Source of the DNA: an uncultured Planctomycetota bacterium
Lineage (GTDB): Bacteria > Planctomycetota > Phycisphaerae > Tepidisphaerales > Tepidisphaeraceae
Assembly: GCA_963841915.1 (NCBI GenBank)
Contig: CAWJEN010000005.1
Location: forward strand, 512,001 to 576,000
Length of the DNA stretch: 64,000 bases
Reading direction: 5' to 3'
The notes below the pieces were generated by a model. The model saw only the letters and a list, made by a program, of their open reading frames with translations, was not told the DNA's origin and did no database searches. Below, piece by piece: positions 18,721 through 29,634 of this stretch (positions are counted from its first letter, which is position 1; each line of letters begins with the position of its first letter). The translations under genes and the position numbers were made by a program.

Positions 18721-20499
18721 ATGACCAACGCCGAAGAGCTGCTAGCCAGCACCAGTCACGCCCAGGAAGAGACCGAGTTTTACACCCCCATGCCGGCCGG
18801 CTACAAGCCGGGCAAGCACAAGTACGTGGTCGTGGTCGGCACCGTCATCAGCGGCCTGGGCAAGGGCATCTTTGCCTCGTCGCTGGCCAAGCTCATGCAG
18901 GACAAGGGCCTGAAGGTCGCTCCCATCAAGTGCGAGGGCTATCTCAACCTCGACTCCGGCACGCTCAATCCCTTCCGGCACGGCGAGGTCTTCGTCCTCG
19001 ACGACGGCCAGGAAACCGACATGGACCTGGGCACCTACGAGCGGCTGCTCGGTCAGAACCTGTCGAAGCACAACTTCACCACCAACGGCCAGATCCTGTC
19101 GGCGGTCATGAAGAAGGAGCGGTCGGGTGGGTACCTGGGGCGGGACGTGCAAGTCATTCCACACGTCGTGGGCGAAGTGAAGCTGCGGCTGCGCGAGTTG
19201 GCGGCCAAGAGCCAGGCAGACGTCGTCTTCGTCGAGATCGGCGGCACCGTGGGCGACTACGAGAACTCCTTTTACCTCGAAGCCTGCCGACAGCTCGCTT
19301 ATGAAGAGGGCGAAGATTCCGTTGCCTTCGTCGCACTGACGTACATCCTCTCGCCCGACGCGCTGGGCGAGCAAAAGTCCAAGGCCGCCCAGCTCGGGAT
19401 TAAGCGGCTGATGGAGGTCGGCATTCAGCCGCAGATCGTGGCGTGCCGCGCGACTGATCCGGTGAGCGACAAGGTGCGTGAAAAGATCAGCATGTACACG
19501 AACGTGCCGCTTCGGCGGGTGTTCTCCATGCACGACCTCGAGAGTGTCTACCTCGTTCCAGAGGCCCTGCGTGGCGCGGGGCTCGATCGCGAGGTCATGG
19601 GCATGCTCAACCTGCACGAGCGGGCCGACCAGTTGCACGAAGACCGGGCCCGTGACCGGTGGCGCAGCTTTGTCCGCCGAATCCAGCAGCCCAAGGAAAA
19701 GCACGTCACAATCGCCATCACCGGCAAGTACACGGCTCTGCGTGACGCGTACGCGAGCATACTCAAGAGTGTCGAGCACGCGGGTGTCGCGTGCGGCGTG
19801 GAGATCGCACTCAAGAGCGTCGACACGACCAATATCACCGACGCCAACGCAGCCGACAAGCTGGCAGACGTTGACGCAATCATCGTGCCGGGCGGCTTCG
19901 GCGCCCGTGGAAGCGAAGGCAAAATCGCCTGCGTCAAACATGCCCGCGAGACAGGGTTACCTTACCTGGGCATCTGCTTCGGCTTCCAGATGGCCGTCAT
20001 CGAATACGCGCGCAACGTGTGCGGCATCGACGACGCCAATTCGACCGAGTTCGACCCGGGCTGCTCGGCCCCCGTCATCGACATCCTGCCAAGTCAGAAA
20101 CAGATCGAAGGCCTCGGCGGGAACATGCGGCTCGGCGGTAAAGACGTCGAGATCCGCCCAGGCACACTGGCGGCAGAGATCTGGAAGGACGAGCTTCGGA
20201 ACAACCCGTACGTCAGGCTCCGCTTCCGTCACCGCTATGAGGTCGACCCGCGGTACGTCGACCAGCTCCAAGAGGGCGGCCTGATCTTCAGCGGCAAGCA
20301 CCCGCAGCAGCCGATCATGCAGGTCCTCGAGCTGCCCCAGGACCAGCACCCGTTCTTCATCGGCACACAAGCGCACCCTGAAATGCACAGCCGCCCGCTG
20401 GAGCCGAGCCCGCTGTTCGTCGGGCTGGTCGATGCCGCGTTACAGCGGTCGTTGCTGCGGCCCAGCAAAGAAGAACACGACCAAGCTGCACAGGTTTGA
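18721..20499 (+). CDS. pyrG: CTP synthase
   Basis: SGLGKG, PFRHGEVFVLDDG.ETDMDLG, EIGGTVGD, GICFGFQ, RHRYEV, HPE. Confidence 0.97.
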   Translation: MTNAEELLASTSHAQEETEFYTPMPAGYKPGKHKYVVVVGTVISGLGKGIFASSLAKLMQDKGLKVAPIKCEGYLNLDSGTLNPFRHGEVFVLDDGQETDMDLGTYERLLGQNLSKHNFTTNGQILSAVMKKERSGGYLGRDVQVIPHVVGEVKLRLRELAAKSQADVVFVEIGGTVGDYENSFYLEACRQLAYEEGEDSVAFVALTYILSPDALGEQKSKAAQLGIKRLMEVGIQPQIVACRATDPVSDKVREKISMYTNVPLRRVFSMHDLESVYLVPEALRGAGLDREVMGMLNLHERADQLHEDRARDRWRSFVRRIQQPKEKHVTIAITGKYTALRDAYASILKSVEHAGVACGVEIALKSVDTTNITDANAADKLADVDAIIVPGGFGARGSEGKIACVKHARETGLPYLGICFGFQMAVIEYARNVCGIDDANSTEFDPGCSAPVIDILPSQKQIEGLGGNMRLGGKDVEIRPGTLAAEIWKDELRNNPYVRLRFRHRYEVDPRYVDQLQEGGLIFSGKHPQQPIMQVLELPQDQHPFFIGTQAHPEMHSRPLEPSPLFVGLVDAALQRSLLRPSKEEHDQAAQV

Positions 20500-20618
20500 G
20501 CCCAGTCACAACAGGTGTGAGCCCTGTCAAACTTGTGCATCAAAGCACGGTCGCAGCGATGAGCAAACGTCGTAGCTCAAGCGATTTGGCCCTTGAAGCC
20601 GCTCAAGCGGTTTGGCAG

Positions 20619-20903
20619 CTAGAGCTTGACGACGCGTGTGGCGCGGTTCCCCTTGGGGCCTGACTCGGCGGCATAGAGCACCGTTTCACCCTCTTCGAGC
20701 GTCTTGAACCCCTCTCCCTCGATGACGGCGTAGTGGACGAAGACGTCGTTGCCCTCCTCGTCCAGGATGAAGCCGAATCCCTTGGGATCGTTGAACCACT
20801 TGACGGTCCCACGGGTGGTCGGGGCGGCGGTGGTGTCGGCCTCCATCACTGATTCAGGGACGGACGCGACAGAAGATGGCGGTGCAGCAAGCGTGGTGCT
20901 CAT
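20619..20903 (-). CDS. Cold-shock domain protein with N-terminal extension
   Basis: [30 protein letters not shown]. Confidence 0.92.
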   Translation of the reverse strand: MSTTLAAPPSSVASVPESVMEADTTAAPTTRGTVKWFNDPKGFGFILDEEGNDVFVHYAVIEGEGFKTLEEGETVLYAAESGPKGNRATRVVKL

Positions 20904-21073
20904 GGTGACTCCTCGAAGAGCAAACCAGGTTCGGTGACCAGCCGCGCGGCCGGTCACCTTCCACCATACCAAGTTTCACCAATCGTGAAAGTTCACCTGT
21001 TGCAACAATAACTCGCAAACGTCTCGGCAAGGTTCTGCGGGCGACTCTGGGCGTTTCCGCGCCAAAGGTACGG

Positions 21074-21820
21074 GTGGTGAATCTCCTCGAAGTACGCGAC
21101 TTGATGAAGGTCTACGGCGGCAGACGCGTCGTTGACGGCATCTCGTTCACCGTCGAACCTCGCCAAATCGTCGGCCTCCTCGGGCGCAACGGGGCCGGCA
21201 AAACCACAACGTTCCGCATGATTCTTGGCATGGTCGTGCCTGACGGTGGCAGCGTCGCCTTCGACGGCAACGATGTCACCCGACAACCCATGTTCAAACG
21301 GGCACGCCTCGGCATGGGCTACCTCAGCCAGGAACGAAGCGACTTCCGCAGGCTCAGCGTCTGGGACAACCTCATCGCCATCCTCGAACTCAAGCGACCA
21401 CCCCTGCCCCGGGCCGAACGGCACCGACGGGCGGCAGAGATGCTCGACCGGTACGGCCTGACGCACGTCAAAGACTCACCCGCAGCCGTCCTGTCCGGCG
21501 GTGAGCGACGGAAGCTGGAGCTGTCGCGTGCCCTCGTCACCGACCCGAAGTTGATGCTCCTCGATGAGCCGTTCGCTGGTGTCGACCCGGTCGCCAAGGA
21601 AGAGATCCAGGACGAGATCCGACGACTACGCGACGAGTTCGGCAAAGGCGTGCTCATCACCGATCACGATGCAGAGCGAACGCTTCAAGTGTGCGAGCAC
21701 GCGCTCATCGTTGACAGTGGCAAGCTGTTGTTCAGCGGAAAACCGGGCGACGCCGCCCGAGACGATATGGTGCGGGAGACGTATCTCGGCCACAACTTTG
21801 CCCGTGGGCTGGATACCTAG
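21074..21820 (+). CDS. lptB: LPS export ABC transporter ATP-binding protein
   Basis: GRNGAGKTT, PMFKRARLGMGYL, LSGGERR, LLDEPFAGVDP, VLITDH, VRETYLG. Confidence 0.9.
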   Translation: MVNLLEVRDLMKVYGGRRVVDGISFTVEPRQIVGLLGRNGAGKTTTFRMILGMVVPDGGSVAFDGNDVTRQPMFKRARLGMGYLSQERSDFRRLSVWDNLIAILELKRPPLPRAERHRRAAEMLDRYGLTHVKDSPAAVLSGGERRKLELSRALVTDPKLMLLDEPFAGVDPVAKEEIQDEIRRLRDEFGKGVLITDHDAERTLQVCEHALIVDSGKLLFSGKPGDAARDDMVRETYLGHNFARGLDT

Positions 21821-22042
21821 CTTCTATAAGTCCGTGCTGTGGCACAGATCACGAAATGTCGCAACATTTCGACGGACGTCGTCTCAACAGGACGCGGCGA
21901 CGGGTCGATCTAGAAGTGGGCCGCCGACGAGGCGATCTTCCGACGGGGACCCTGCGCGTGCGGGGCGGCGGAGGTCGACCTTGGGGAACGGACGAGCCTG
22001 CTTGACGGGTGCCTTCTGGCATGCGTTGATGATCGGAAGCCA

Positions 22043-23593
22043 ATGGATACCGCGCTACAGACCAAGATTGACGACTGCAGCGGGCTGCCGTCCCTGCCCA
22101 CGGTGGCCATCGAGGTGCTCCGCCTGGCACGGTCGACCGAAACCGACATGAAGGCCATCGCTGGCGTCATCAACCAAGATCCGGCCCTGAGTGGTCGCGT
22201 GCTCAAGACGGTCAATTCCAGCTTCTACGGGCGAAGCCAAAAGGTCACGACGATCGACCAGGCGCTGGTCGTCATGGGGTTGCAGAGCGTGCGGACGCTG
22301 GTGCTGGGCTTTAGTCTTGTCGACGGCCTGATGAAGCGCAAGAGCGAGGGCTTCGACCACAAGGTCTACTGGCAGCGCAGCTTCTACGCCGCCGTCGCCG
22401 CCAAGGAACTTGGCGTCGCCTGCCGCGTCATGCAGGCCGAGGAGCTTTTTGTCTGTGGCCTGCTGGCCGACATCGGCATGCTCGTGCTCGACACGGTGCT
22501 CGCCGAGGAGTACGGCGAAGTGTGCGCCCTGGTCATGACGCACGCCGAGCAGCACGCTTCGGAACTGTCGAAGCTTTCTGCCGACCACGCCGAGGTCGGC
22601 GGGTACATCGCCGAGAAGTGGAAGCTGCCGCCGGTCTTGAGCGAGCCGATCCGCTGGCATACGGAACCCGAGAAAGCCGACGACGGCACGCTAAAGACCA
22701 TGGCGGCGATCCTGCAGTGTGCCGGCCGCTGTGCCGACGTGTTTGTCGACAAGGAGCCGGCCCAGGCGATCGCCGACGTGCGGAGACTGACGGCCCATCT
22801 GCTCGAGGCGTCACCGATGCCACCGGCACAATCGGCCGAGGCGTACGCAGACAGCCTGTTGGAAAAGCTCGGTGCCAAGGTCCAGGAAACGACTGCTGCC
22901 TTCGAAATCGACTTGGGCCCGGCGGCCAAGTTCGACAAGATCATGCGCGACGCCACCGAGGCGCTCGTGGAGATCACGATGCAAAGCCAGCAGGAGGCGA
23001 TGAACCTGCAGGAGCAGCAGGCCAACATGCAGCAGAAGTTCGCTCAGCGTGAGGCAGAGCTAACGAAACAGGCGACGACCGACTCCATGACCAAGCTGGC
23101 CAACCGGGCCGAGTTCGACAGGTTCCTGGGCGAAGAAGTCGCCGGGGCCGTTGCGACCAGCGAACCGATTTCGCTGATCATGGTCGACATCGACAAGTTC
23201 AAGAGTGTCAACGACACGCACGGCCACCAAGTGGGCGACGACGTCATCAAGTTCGTCGCCGACCTGCTCGACCGCTCGTGCCGCGATGGTGACCTGGCTG
23301 CCCGATACGGCGGCGAAGAGATGGCGCTGGTCCTGCCCGGCACCGACCGCTCCACCGCCGCTGCCCTGGCCGAGATGATGCGGTCCAACCTGTGCTCCGC
23401 CCCGGTCAAGAGCGGTGGCGTTCAGCTTCCCATCACGGCGAGCTTCGGCGTCAGTGCGTTCGAGCCGCCGAGCCCGCTGGCGACGGCACCGCTGCTCATT
23501 AAAGCCGCCGACAAGGCCCTGTACCACGCCAAGGAATCGGGTCGGAACCGTGTGAAGGTCTTCACGCTTCCACCAAAGCGGGCCGCGGCTTAA
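22043..23593 (+). CDS. HDOD-GGDEF diguanylate cyclase
   Basis: LPSLPTVA..DPALSGRVLKTVNSSFYG (HDOD); DIDKFKSVNDTHGH; I-site RDGD; RYGGEEM. Confidence 0.92.
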   Translation: MDTALQTKIDDCSGLPSLPTVAIEVLRLARSTETDMKAIAGVINQDPALSGRVLKTVNSSFYGRSQKVTTIDQALVVMGLQSVRTLVLGFSLVDGLMKRKSEGFDHKVYWQRSFYAAVAAKELGVACRVMQAEELFVCGLLADIGMLVLDTVLAEEYGEVCALVMTHAEQHASELSKLSADHAEVGGYIAEKWKLPPVLSEPIRWHTEPEKADDGTLKTMAAILQCAGRCADVFVDKEPAQAIADVRRLTAHLLEASPMPPAQSAEAYADSLLEKLGAKVQETTAAFEIDLGPAAKFDKIMRDATEALVEITMQSQQEAMNLQEQQANMQQKFAQREAELTKQATTDSMTKLANRAEFDRFLGEEVAGAVATSEPISLIMVDIDKFKSVNDTHGHQVGDDVIKFVADLLDRSCRDGDLAARYGGEEMALVLPGTDRSTAAALAEMMRSNLCSAPVKSGGVQLPITASFGVSAFEPPSPLATAPLLIKAADKALYHAKESGRNRVKVFTLPPKRAAA

Positions 23594-23612
23594 GACTCAG
23601 ACGGCTCAAGGC

Positions 23613-24035
23613 CTAGACGTAGACCGCATCGGGATCGAACGCCTTGTCCTTCTCGACAAAGTCGAGCGAGCCGTCCGGGTGAACTTCGCGGTAGAAGCAC
23701 GACGTATAGCCCGTGTGGCAGGCCGCCTGCGGCGTTGTCGCCGGGTCACCGATGACCACTTCTGCGACGAGACAATCCTGGTCGCAGTCGACGCGAAGCC
23801 GCCGCAGGTGCTGGGTCATGCCGCTCGACTCGCCCTTCTTCCAGAGCTTTTTGCGACTGCGTGACCAGTAGTGAACCTGGCCCGTCTTCATCGTGGCCTG
23901 GAGCGACGCCTCATTCATGAAGGCGACCATGAGCACGTCCTTCGACTCCGCATGCACCGCCACGCACGGCATCAGGCCGTCGGCGTCGAACTTCGGGTGA
24001 AAATGCACACCTTTCTCGATCTCGTTCTTCGTCAC
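23613..24035 (-). CDS. hisI: Phosphoribosyl-AMP cyclohydrolase
   Basis: VLMVAFMN, YWSRSR..LWKKGESSG, DCDQD, ACHTGYTSCFYR. Confidence 0.95.
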   Translation of the reverse strand: MTKNEIEKGVHFHPKFDADGLMPCVAVHAESKDVLMVAFMNEASLQATMKTGQVHYWSRSRKKLWKKGESSGMTQHLRRLRVDCDQDCLVAEVVIGDPATTPQAACHTGYTSCFYREVHPDGSLDFVEKDKAFDPDAVYV

Positions 24036-24091
24036 GTCCAACCGTAGACGCCGAGGCACTACGGTGCCGCACCACTTCACTAGGCTGCGGC

Positions 24092-25600
24092 GTGGCCCAG
24101 CTTCCGCAGATGCAGTTTTACAACACGCTCTCGAACCGGCTCGAGCCGTTCGAGGCGGCCGAGTCGCCCGTCCGCATCTACTCGTGCGGACCGACGGTCT
24201 ACGACTTTGCTCACATCGGCAACTTCCGCAGCTTCCTCTTCGCAGACGTGCTGAGGCGGACGCTGGAGCTGGTCGGGCTCGACGTCGTACACGTCATGAA
24301 TATCACAGACGTTGGCCACATGACCGAGGACGATCTGGCCGATGGAGGCGGCGAGGACAAGATGCAGGCCGCCTCCAAGAAGCTCGCCCAGGCTAAAAAG
24401 AGCGGCCAGGCCCATGCGGCGGCCGATGTCGACCCAAGCGACCCGTTCCAGATCGCCGCCTTCTACGGCGATGCATTTGTCGAAGACGCTCGCAAGCTCG
24501 GCCTGAAGGTCGCCAGCGATCCGGCCGAGCGGATGCCACGAGCCACAGACAATGTCGAGGCGATGCTGAGCATGATCGAGACGCTCGTCGACAACGGCCA
24601 CGCGTATGTGGGCGGCGACGGGGCGGTCTACTACGGCGTCGAGACCTTCGGCGACTACGGCAAACTCAGCGGCAACAGCGTCGAGCAGCTTCGCGGCGGG
24701 GCAGGCGGACGCGTCGGCTCGACAGCCACCGCCGCCAAGCGTCACCCGGCCGACTTCTTGCTGTGGAAGCCTGACGAGCACCACCTTATGAAGTGGCCAA
24801 GTCGCTTCGGCACGGGCTATCCGGGCTGGCACATCGAGTGCTCGGCCATGGCCCGTGCCCACCTCGGGGCCGATGTCATCGACTTCCACACCGGCGGCGA
24901 GGACAACATCTTCCCGCATCACGAGTGCGAGATCGCTCAAACCCGCGGCGCGACTGGCCAAGACACATTCGCCCGATTCTGGCTCCACGGCCGCCACCTG
25001 CGTGTCGAGGGCGAGAAGATGAGCAAGTCGACGGGCAACTTCTTTACCGTCCGCGACGTGCTCGAGGGCAAAGCCACAGACGGCAGGCAAGTCGCTCCCG
25101 AAGTGCTTCGCTACGAACTCATCCGCAGCCACTACCGCGGCACCGCCAACTTCACCGCAGGCGGCCTGCGCGACAGCGGCAGCGCGATTGGCAAGCTCCA
25201 GCGGCTGTACCGCGACGCCAAGGAACAAGCCGGCGACACCTATCCGGCAGCTGAGCTCACGGCGGGCCCGCTGCCACGCTTCGTGGCCGGGCTCTGCGAC
25301 GACTTGAACCTGTCAGCCGCAATGGCGGCCGTCTTCGAGTGGGCGGGCGATCTGGACGACTCAGCCGACCCGACGTTGACGGCGCAGATCCTGGAACGGG
25401 TGGACTCGGTGATCGCGTTCCTGCCGACCGGTGACGCTTCGGCAGATGACGACGTGACGGCTTTGGCAGCGAAGATCGACGCCGCCCGGGCCGCCAGGGA
25501 CTTCGCCGCCGCCGACGCCGTCCGGGCCGACCTGCTGGGTCGCGGTTTCAAGGTCCTGACGACGAAGGACGGGACCACGGTCGAGAAGCCATTGGCCTAG
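24092..25600 (+). CDS. cysS: Cysteine--tRNA ligase
   Basis: [33 protein letters not shown]. Confidence 0.97.
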   Translation: MAQLPQMQFYNTLSNRLEPFEAAESPVRIYSCGPTVYDFAHIGNFRSFLFADVLRRTLELVGLDVVHVMNITDVGHMTEDDLADGGGEDKMQAASKKLAQAKKSGQAHAAADVDPSDPFQIAAFYGDAFVEDARKLGLKVASDPAERMPRATDNVEAMLSMIETLVDNGHAYVGGDGAVYYGVETFGDYGKLSGNSVEQLRGGAGGRVGSTATAAKRHPADFLLWKPDEHHLMKWPSRFGTGYPGWHIECSAMARAHLGADVIDFHTGGEDNIFPHHECEIAQTRGATGQDTFARFWLHGRHLRVEGEKMSKSTGNFFTVRDVLEGKATDGRQVAPEVLRYELIRSHYRGTANFTAGGLRDSGSAIGKLQRLYRDAKEQAGDTYPAAELTAGPLPRFVAGLCDDLNLSAAMAAVFEWAGDLDDSADPTLTAQILERVDSVIAFLPTGDASADDDVTALAAKIDAARAARDFAAADAVRADLLGRGFKVLTTKDGTTVEKPLA

Positions 25601-25608
25601 GCAAGCAA

Positions 25609-25638
25609 AAGAGGCACGACCTTGCGGCCGTGCCTCTT
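25609..25638. terminator. Probable intrinsic terminator between convergent genes
   Basis: Hairpin AAGAGGCACG-N10-CGTGCCTCTT with an A run on the left. Confidence 0.6.
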
Positions 25639-25659
25639 CAATTGAGCGTTTGTTCAACC

Positions 25660-26436
25660 TCAACGACGCCGCTTCAGGAGCAGCAGCGACGGCAGGACAA
25701 ACGCCATCGACGCCGGCTCCGGCACGAGCGTCAGGTCGAAGGACACCGAAGGCGGCAGGCCCTCGAACGGCAGCGTCATGCTGTTCGTCGGGTTACCGCT
25801 GGCGAGCTGGAACACCGCACCGGGCGTCTCCGAAGCGAGCAGCAGGCGAATCGACTCACCTGCGTTTATCGCGTCGATGAGGGCCGACTCAACGGCGGCA
25901 TCGGGCATGATGCTGCGCGTGATCGTCCGAACGCCTTCGGCCTCGAACTCGCTCGACAGGACGACGGCATCAGGGAATTGGTCACCGAAGCCGGTGGGCG
26001 TCGTGTAGGGCGGACCGGCGAGGCTGACGAACTCAAGGTCGCCGATGACGCTGTCATTGGCGGTGAAGTAGACGCTGAGGTCGCCTGCATCCTGGATGCC
26101 ACCGGCACCGGTGTCGGTACGGGTGGCCGGCGGAAGCGTGAGCGTTAGATTGGCGATGTCGGTGACATCGACGTTGGCAAAGTCAGCCGTCGGAATGTCG
26201 ATGACGGTAAAGATGCCGAAGACGTTCTCGGCGTTGTTGCGCCGGTCGCCGTTGACCTGGAAGCGGCCCGAGCCGCCGGGAGCCAGAATGTTGCGTCCGG
26301 TACCGCCGAAGAAGCTGCGGAAGACGTTGGCGATGTTGAGTTCGTCGACGCCGGTGCGCGTGACGACATCGGCCGAGGCGACTTGCGTCGGCAGAACAAG
26401 GGCGGCCAGGGTGAGGCCGGTGATCAAGGTTTTCAT
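25660..26436 (-). CDS. PEP-CTERM surface protein
   Basis: Signal peptide MKTLITGLTLAALVLPTQVASA; C-terminal VPEPASMAFVLPSLLLLKRRR. Confidence 0.88.
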   Translation of the reverse strand: MKTLITGLTLAALVLPTQVASADVVTRTGVDELNIANVFRSFFGGTGRNILAPGGSGRFQVNGDRRNNAENVFGIFTVIDIPTADFANVDVTDIANLTLTLPPATRTDTGAGGIQDAGDLSVYFTANDSVIGDLEFVSLAGPPYTTPTGFGDQFPDAVVLSSEFEAEGVRTITRSIMPDAAVESALIDAINAGESIRLLLASETPGAVFQLASGNPTNSMTLPFEGLPPSVSFDLTLVPEPASMAFVLPSLLLLKRRR

Positions 26437-26545
26437 AAGGTGCACTTTCGCTGCAAATAACTGAGATGCTGAGGCGGTGGTGCGGCGACGATAGCAATTC
26501 GTCGTCGATTTCGAATGCAATAAACTTTTTGGCGACTGTCTACCG

Positions 26546-27433
26546 CTATTTCGTCAGCCGCGTCAGGGCTTCGCGATAGCGGGCGAGGGTGCCGTCAATG
26601 ACGTGCTGAGGTAGAGCCGGGCCGGGCGGTTGCTGGTTCCAGTCGAGGCCGGCGAGGTGATCACGGACGAACTGCTTGTCGAACGAAGCCTGCGGGCCGC
26701 CCGGCTGCCACGTGTCGGCGGGCCAGAAGCGGCTGGAATCGGGCGTGAGGGCTTCGTCGGCGAGGACGAGGTGGTTGAAGGCGTCGCGGCCGAACTCGAA
26801 CTTCGTGTCAGCGATCAGGATCCCGCGCCCGGCCGCATAGTCGGCGGCGTGGCGGTAGAGCGACAGCGTCAGGTCGCGAAGCTGCGTCGTTAGTTCAGCG
26901 CCGAGGGCGTCGGCCATCATCTCGAACGACACGTTCTCGTCGTGTCCGGTGGCGGCTTTGGTGGCGGGCGTGAAGATTGGCTCCGGCAGCTTGTCGCCGT
27001 CCCGCAGGCCCGGCGGCAGCTCGATGCCGCACACCCGTCCGGTGGCCTGATACTCCTTCAGGCCTGAACCCGCCAGATAACCCCGCGCTACGCACTCGAA
27101 CGGCACAATCTCGAGCCGGCGGACGAGCATTGACCGCCCCTCAAGCACGGCGGCATACTCCTGCAACGCCTCCGGAAACTGCCCGACCTCGGCCGTGACG
27201 AGATGGTTGTGCGTCAGCGGCAACAGCTGCTGGAACCAAAAGACAGCCATCTGCGTCAGCAGCACGCCTTTACCCGGGATCGGCGTCGGCATCACAACGT
27301 CGAACGCGCTGACACGATCGGTGGCGACGATCAACAGGTGATCCTTCAGGACCGACGAGATGTCGTAGACGTCGCGGACCTTGCCAGAGGTCTTGGGAAA
27401 CGGGAGGTCGGTCGTGGTCAGCGCGTCGGGCAC
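26546..27433 (-). CDS. purC: SAICAR synthetase
   Basis: SGKVRDVY, TDRVSAFDV, ECVARGYLAGSG, IADTKFEFG, DEALTPDSSRFW, SFDKQFVRD. Confidence 0.97.
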   Translation of the reverse strand: MPDALTTTDLPFPKTSGKVRDVYDISSVLKDHLLIVATDRVSAFDVVMPTPIPGKGVLLTQMAVFWFQQLLPLTHNHLVTAEVGQFPEALQEYAAVLEGRSMLVRRLEIVPFECVARGYLAGSGLKEYQATGRVCGIELPPGLRDGDKLPEPIFTPATKAATGHDENVSFEMMADALGAELTTQLRDLTLSLYRHAADYAAGRGILIADTKFEFGRDAFNHLVLADEALTPDSSRFWPADTWQPGGPQASFDKQFVRDHLAGLDWNQQPPGPALPQHVIDGTLARYREALTRLTK

Positions 27434-27555
27434 GACCGACTTTATCAGGCGTGACCTGCTTGACGATCTCGGACAAAGCTACTGAAGTGGCTTAGCCTCA
27501 CGCCCTTGAGGGTCGGGCGCAGTTGCAACGCGTGTTTTGGGCCGATAGACAAAGA

Positions 27556-28416
27556 GTGAACGATTATCTGCTGAGCATCCTCTTCGGCGTCGTAGAGGGG
27601 TTGACCGAGTTCCTGCCGGTCAGCTCAACGGCCCACCTGCGGCTGATCAAAGAGCCGCTTGGCCTCATGGACGACCCGTACTGGAAGATGTACGACGTCG
27701 TGATCCAGCTCGGGGCCATCCTGGCCGTCGTCGTCTACTTCCGCGTGAAATTGCTCGGCTTCGTCAAGACGTTCCCCAAGGGCGAGCACGGCGATAAGAA
27801 CCTGCTGACGCACCCGCTGTCACTCGTCATGCTCGCATTCGTCGTGACGGCGGTGCCAATTCTGATGGGGCTGGACGACCTCATCAAGTCGAACCTGTCG
27901 TCGCTGCCGGTGATCGGCGTCGCGCTGCTCGTGGGTGGTGTCGTGATGTGGGTGGTCGACGCGTGGCTGGGTGACCGGGCGGGCACCGAGGACGTGGCCA
28001 AGGTCGGACCGGTGCAGGCGGCCATCGTCGGTCTGGGCCAGGTCGTTGCGGCAGTCTTTCCTGGCACGAGTCGGTCGATGGCGACTATCGCCGGCGGACA
28101 GTTGTCAGGCATGAGCCGGTCGACGGCTCTCGAGTTCAGCTTCTTTTTAGCCATACCGACGATGTCGGCTGCGTTCGGGTACGACCTGCTCAAGACCGTC
28201 ACCGCCGACGCGGGTGAGGAGGGGGCACTCGGGCGAGCGCTGACGGGTCACGACATCGGCGTGCTGGCGGTCGGATTCGTCGTCAGCTTCATCGTCGCTT
28301 GGGCCGTCATCGCCTGGTTCATGGCCTGGGTGAAGCGGCACGGCTTCGTCCCCTTTGCGATCTATCGGATCGTACTCGGCATCGGTGTGCTGGCCTACGC
28401 GTACTTCGGGCAGTAA
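27556..28416 (+). CDS. uppP: Undecaprenyl-diphosphate phosphatase (BacA)
   Basis: GVVEGLTEFLPVSSTAHL, IQLGAILAV, PGTSRS, EFSFFLAIP. Confidence 0.95.
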   Translation: MNDYLLSILFGVVEGLTEFLPVSSTAHLRLIKEPLGLMDDPYWKMYDVVIQLGAILAVVVYFRVKLLGFVKTFPKGEHGDKNLLTHPLSLVMLAFVVTAVPILMGLDDLIKSNLSSLPVIGVALLVGGVVMWVVDAWLGDRAGTEDVAKVGPVQAAIVGLGQVVAAVFPGTSRSMATIAGGQLSGMSRSTALEFSFFLAIPTMSAAFGYDLLKTVTADAGEEGALGRALTGHDIGVLAVGFVVSFIVAWAVIAWFMAWVKRHGFVPFAIYRIVLGIGVLAYAYFGQ

Positions 28417-28500
28417 CGCGCGTAGGTGTCGCACGATGTCGCAAGGCAACGTATAGTGCCTGTCACGGCCTGCGTCGGCGGGCGGACGGGAGACGATGCC

Positions 28501-29619
28501 ATGGCCATCAACGTACTACGCGGCCTCTTCGTGCTGCTGATGGCAGCAGTCGGGTACTCGTTCGTCACGCTCGATCCACTCGAACTCGGCTCGCTTCCCG
28601 TTCCGGCCTGGCTCGCCCTTGGCTTTAGCCTGTCGCTGGGCGTGATGATGGTCGTCCTCGACATCGTCGCAGGCAGACGCAAGCTGGCCGTCTTCAGCGG
28701 CGTCGCATTCGGCATCCTCGTCGGGCTGACGATCACGTACGCCCTGTCGTTTGGTGTGGCACTCGTCGTCGATAACGTTCTCCTGCCCGCAGGTGCTAGG
28801 ACCACGACCAACGCAGCGGTCATCGGTTTCTTGAACCTGATGATCGGGACGACCGCGTGTTACTTTGCCATCAGCTTCGTGCTGCAGACAAAGGACGACG
28901 TGCGATTCATCATTCCGTACGTCGAGTTCCGTCGCGACAGTCGCGGGGTGAAGCCGGTCGTGGTTGACACAAGTGCGCTGATGGACCGTCGCCTGGGCCC
29001 GGTGCTGCGGGCCGGATTTCTGGATGCCCGGCTGATCGTGCCGCAATCGGTCGTGGCTGAGTTGCAGAAGGTCGCCGACCTGTCCGACCGTGACAAGGGC
29101 CGCCTCGGTCGCGAGGGGCTTGATCGACTGGCGGACATGCAGCGCGAACCGACGGTTGAAGTCCGCATCTACGACGACCGCGCTGGTAGCGAAAACCTGG
29201 ACGGCCCTGTCGATCAGCGGGTGATTGACCTCGCGCGCGAGCTCGAAGGCCGCGTGCTGACCGACGATCTGAACATGGCCAAAGTGGCCAAGCTGGCCGG
29301 GCTCTCGGTGTTGAACCTGAACGCGCTGAGCGAGGCCGTTCGGCCGCAGGCGGTGCCGGGTGACGCGTTGCTGCTCGAGGTCACGCGACGCGGCAGCTCG
29401 GCGGGTCAAGGCGTGGCCCACCTGGCGGACGGCACGATGGTGGTCGTGGAGCACGCCGCAGAACGTGTGGGTGAGACGATCGAGGTAACGGTCACGAATG
29501 CCACGCAGACGGCGGCGGGCCGTATGGTCTTTGCCCGACCCGCCGACGAAGCAGTCGACGCCGACCTTGCCAAGCCGTCCAAGCCGCGTCGCCGCCCGCC
29601 CCGTCGCATTCCCGCCTGA
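28501..29619 (+). CDS. Membrane PIN/TRAM-domain protein (YacL-like)
   Basis: N-terminal TMs; VVDTSALMD; ELQKVAD; QGVAHLADGTMVVVE; QTAAGRMVFAR. Confidence 0.88.
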   Translation: MAINVLRGLFVLLMAAVGYSFVTLDPLELGSLPVPAWLALGFSLSLGVMMVVLDIVAGRRKLAVFSGVAFGILVGLTITYALSFGVALVVDNVLLPAGARTTTNAAVIGFLNLMIGTTACYFAISFVLQTKDDVRFIIPYVEFRRDSRGVKPVVVDTSALMDRRLGPVLRAGFLDARLIVPQSVVAELQKVADLSDRDKGRLGREGLDRLADMQREPTVEVRIYDDRAGSENLDGPVDQRVIDLARELEGRVLTDDLNMAKVAKLAGLSVLNLNALSEAVRPQAVPGDALLLEVTRRGSSAGQGVAHLADGTMVVVEHAAERVGETIEVTVTNATQTAAGRMVFARPADEAVDADLAKPSKPRRRPPRRIPA

Positions 29620-29634
29620 ACCACCCAGAAGATC

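Noticed and set aside
20575..20616. 16-bp direct repeat GCTCAAGCG(A/G)TTTGGC after pyrG
   Set aside because: Only two copies at the end of the cold-shock gene, with no mobile-element context.
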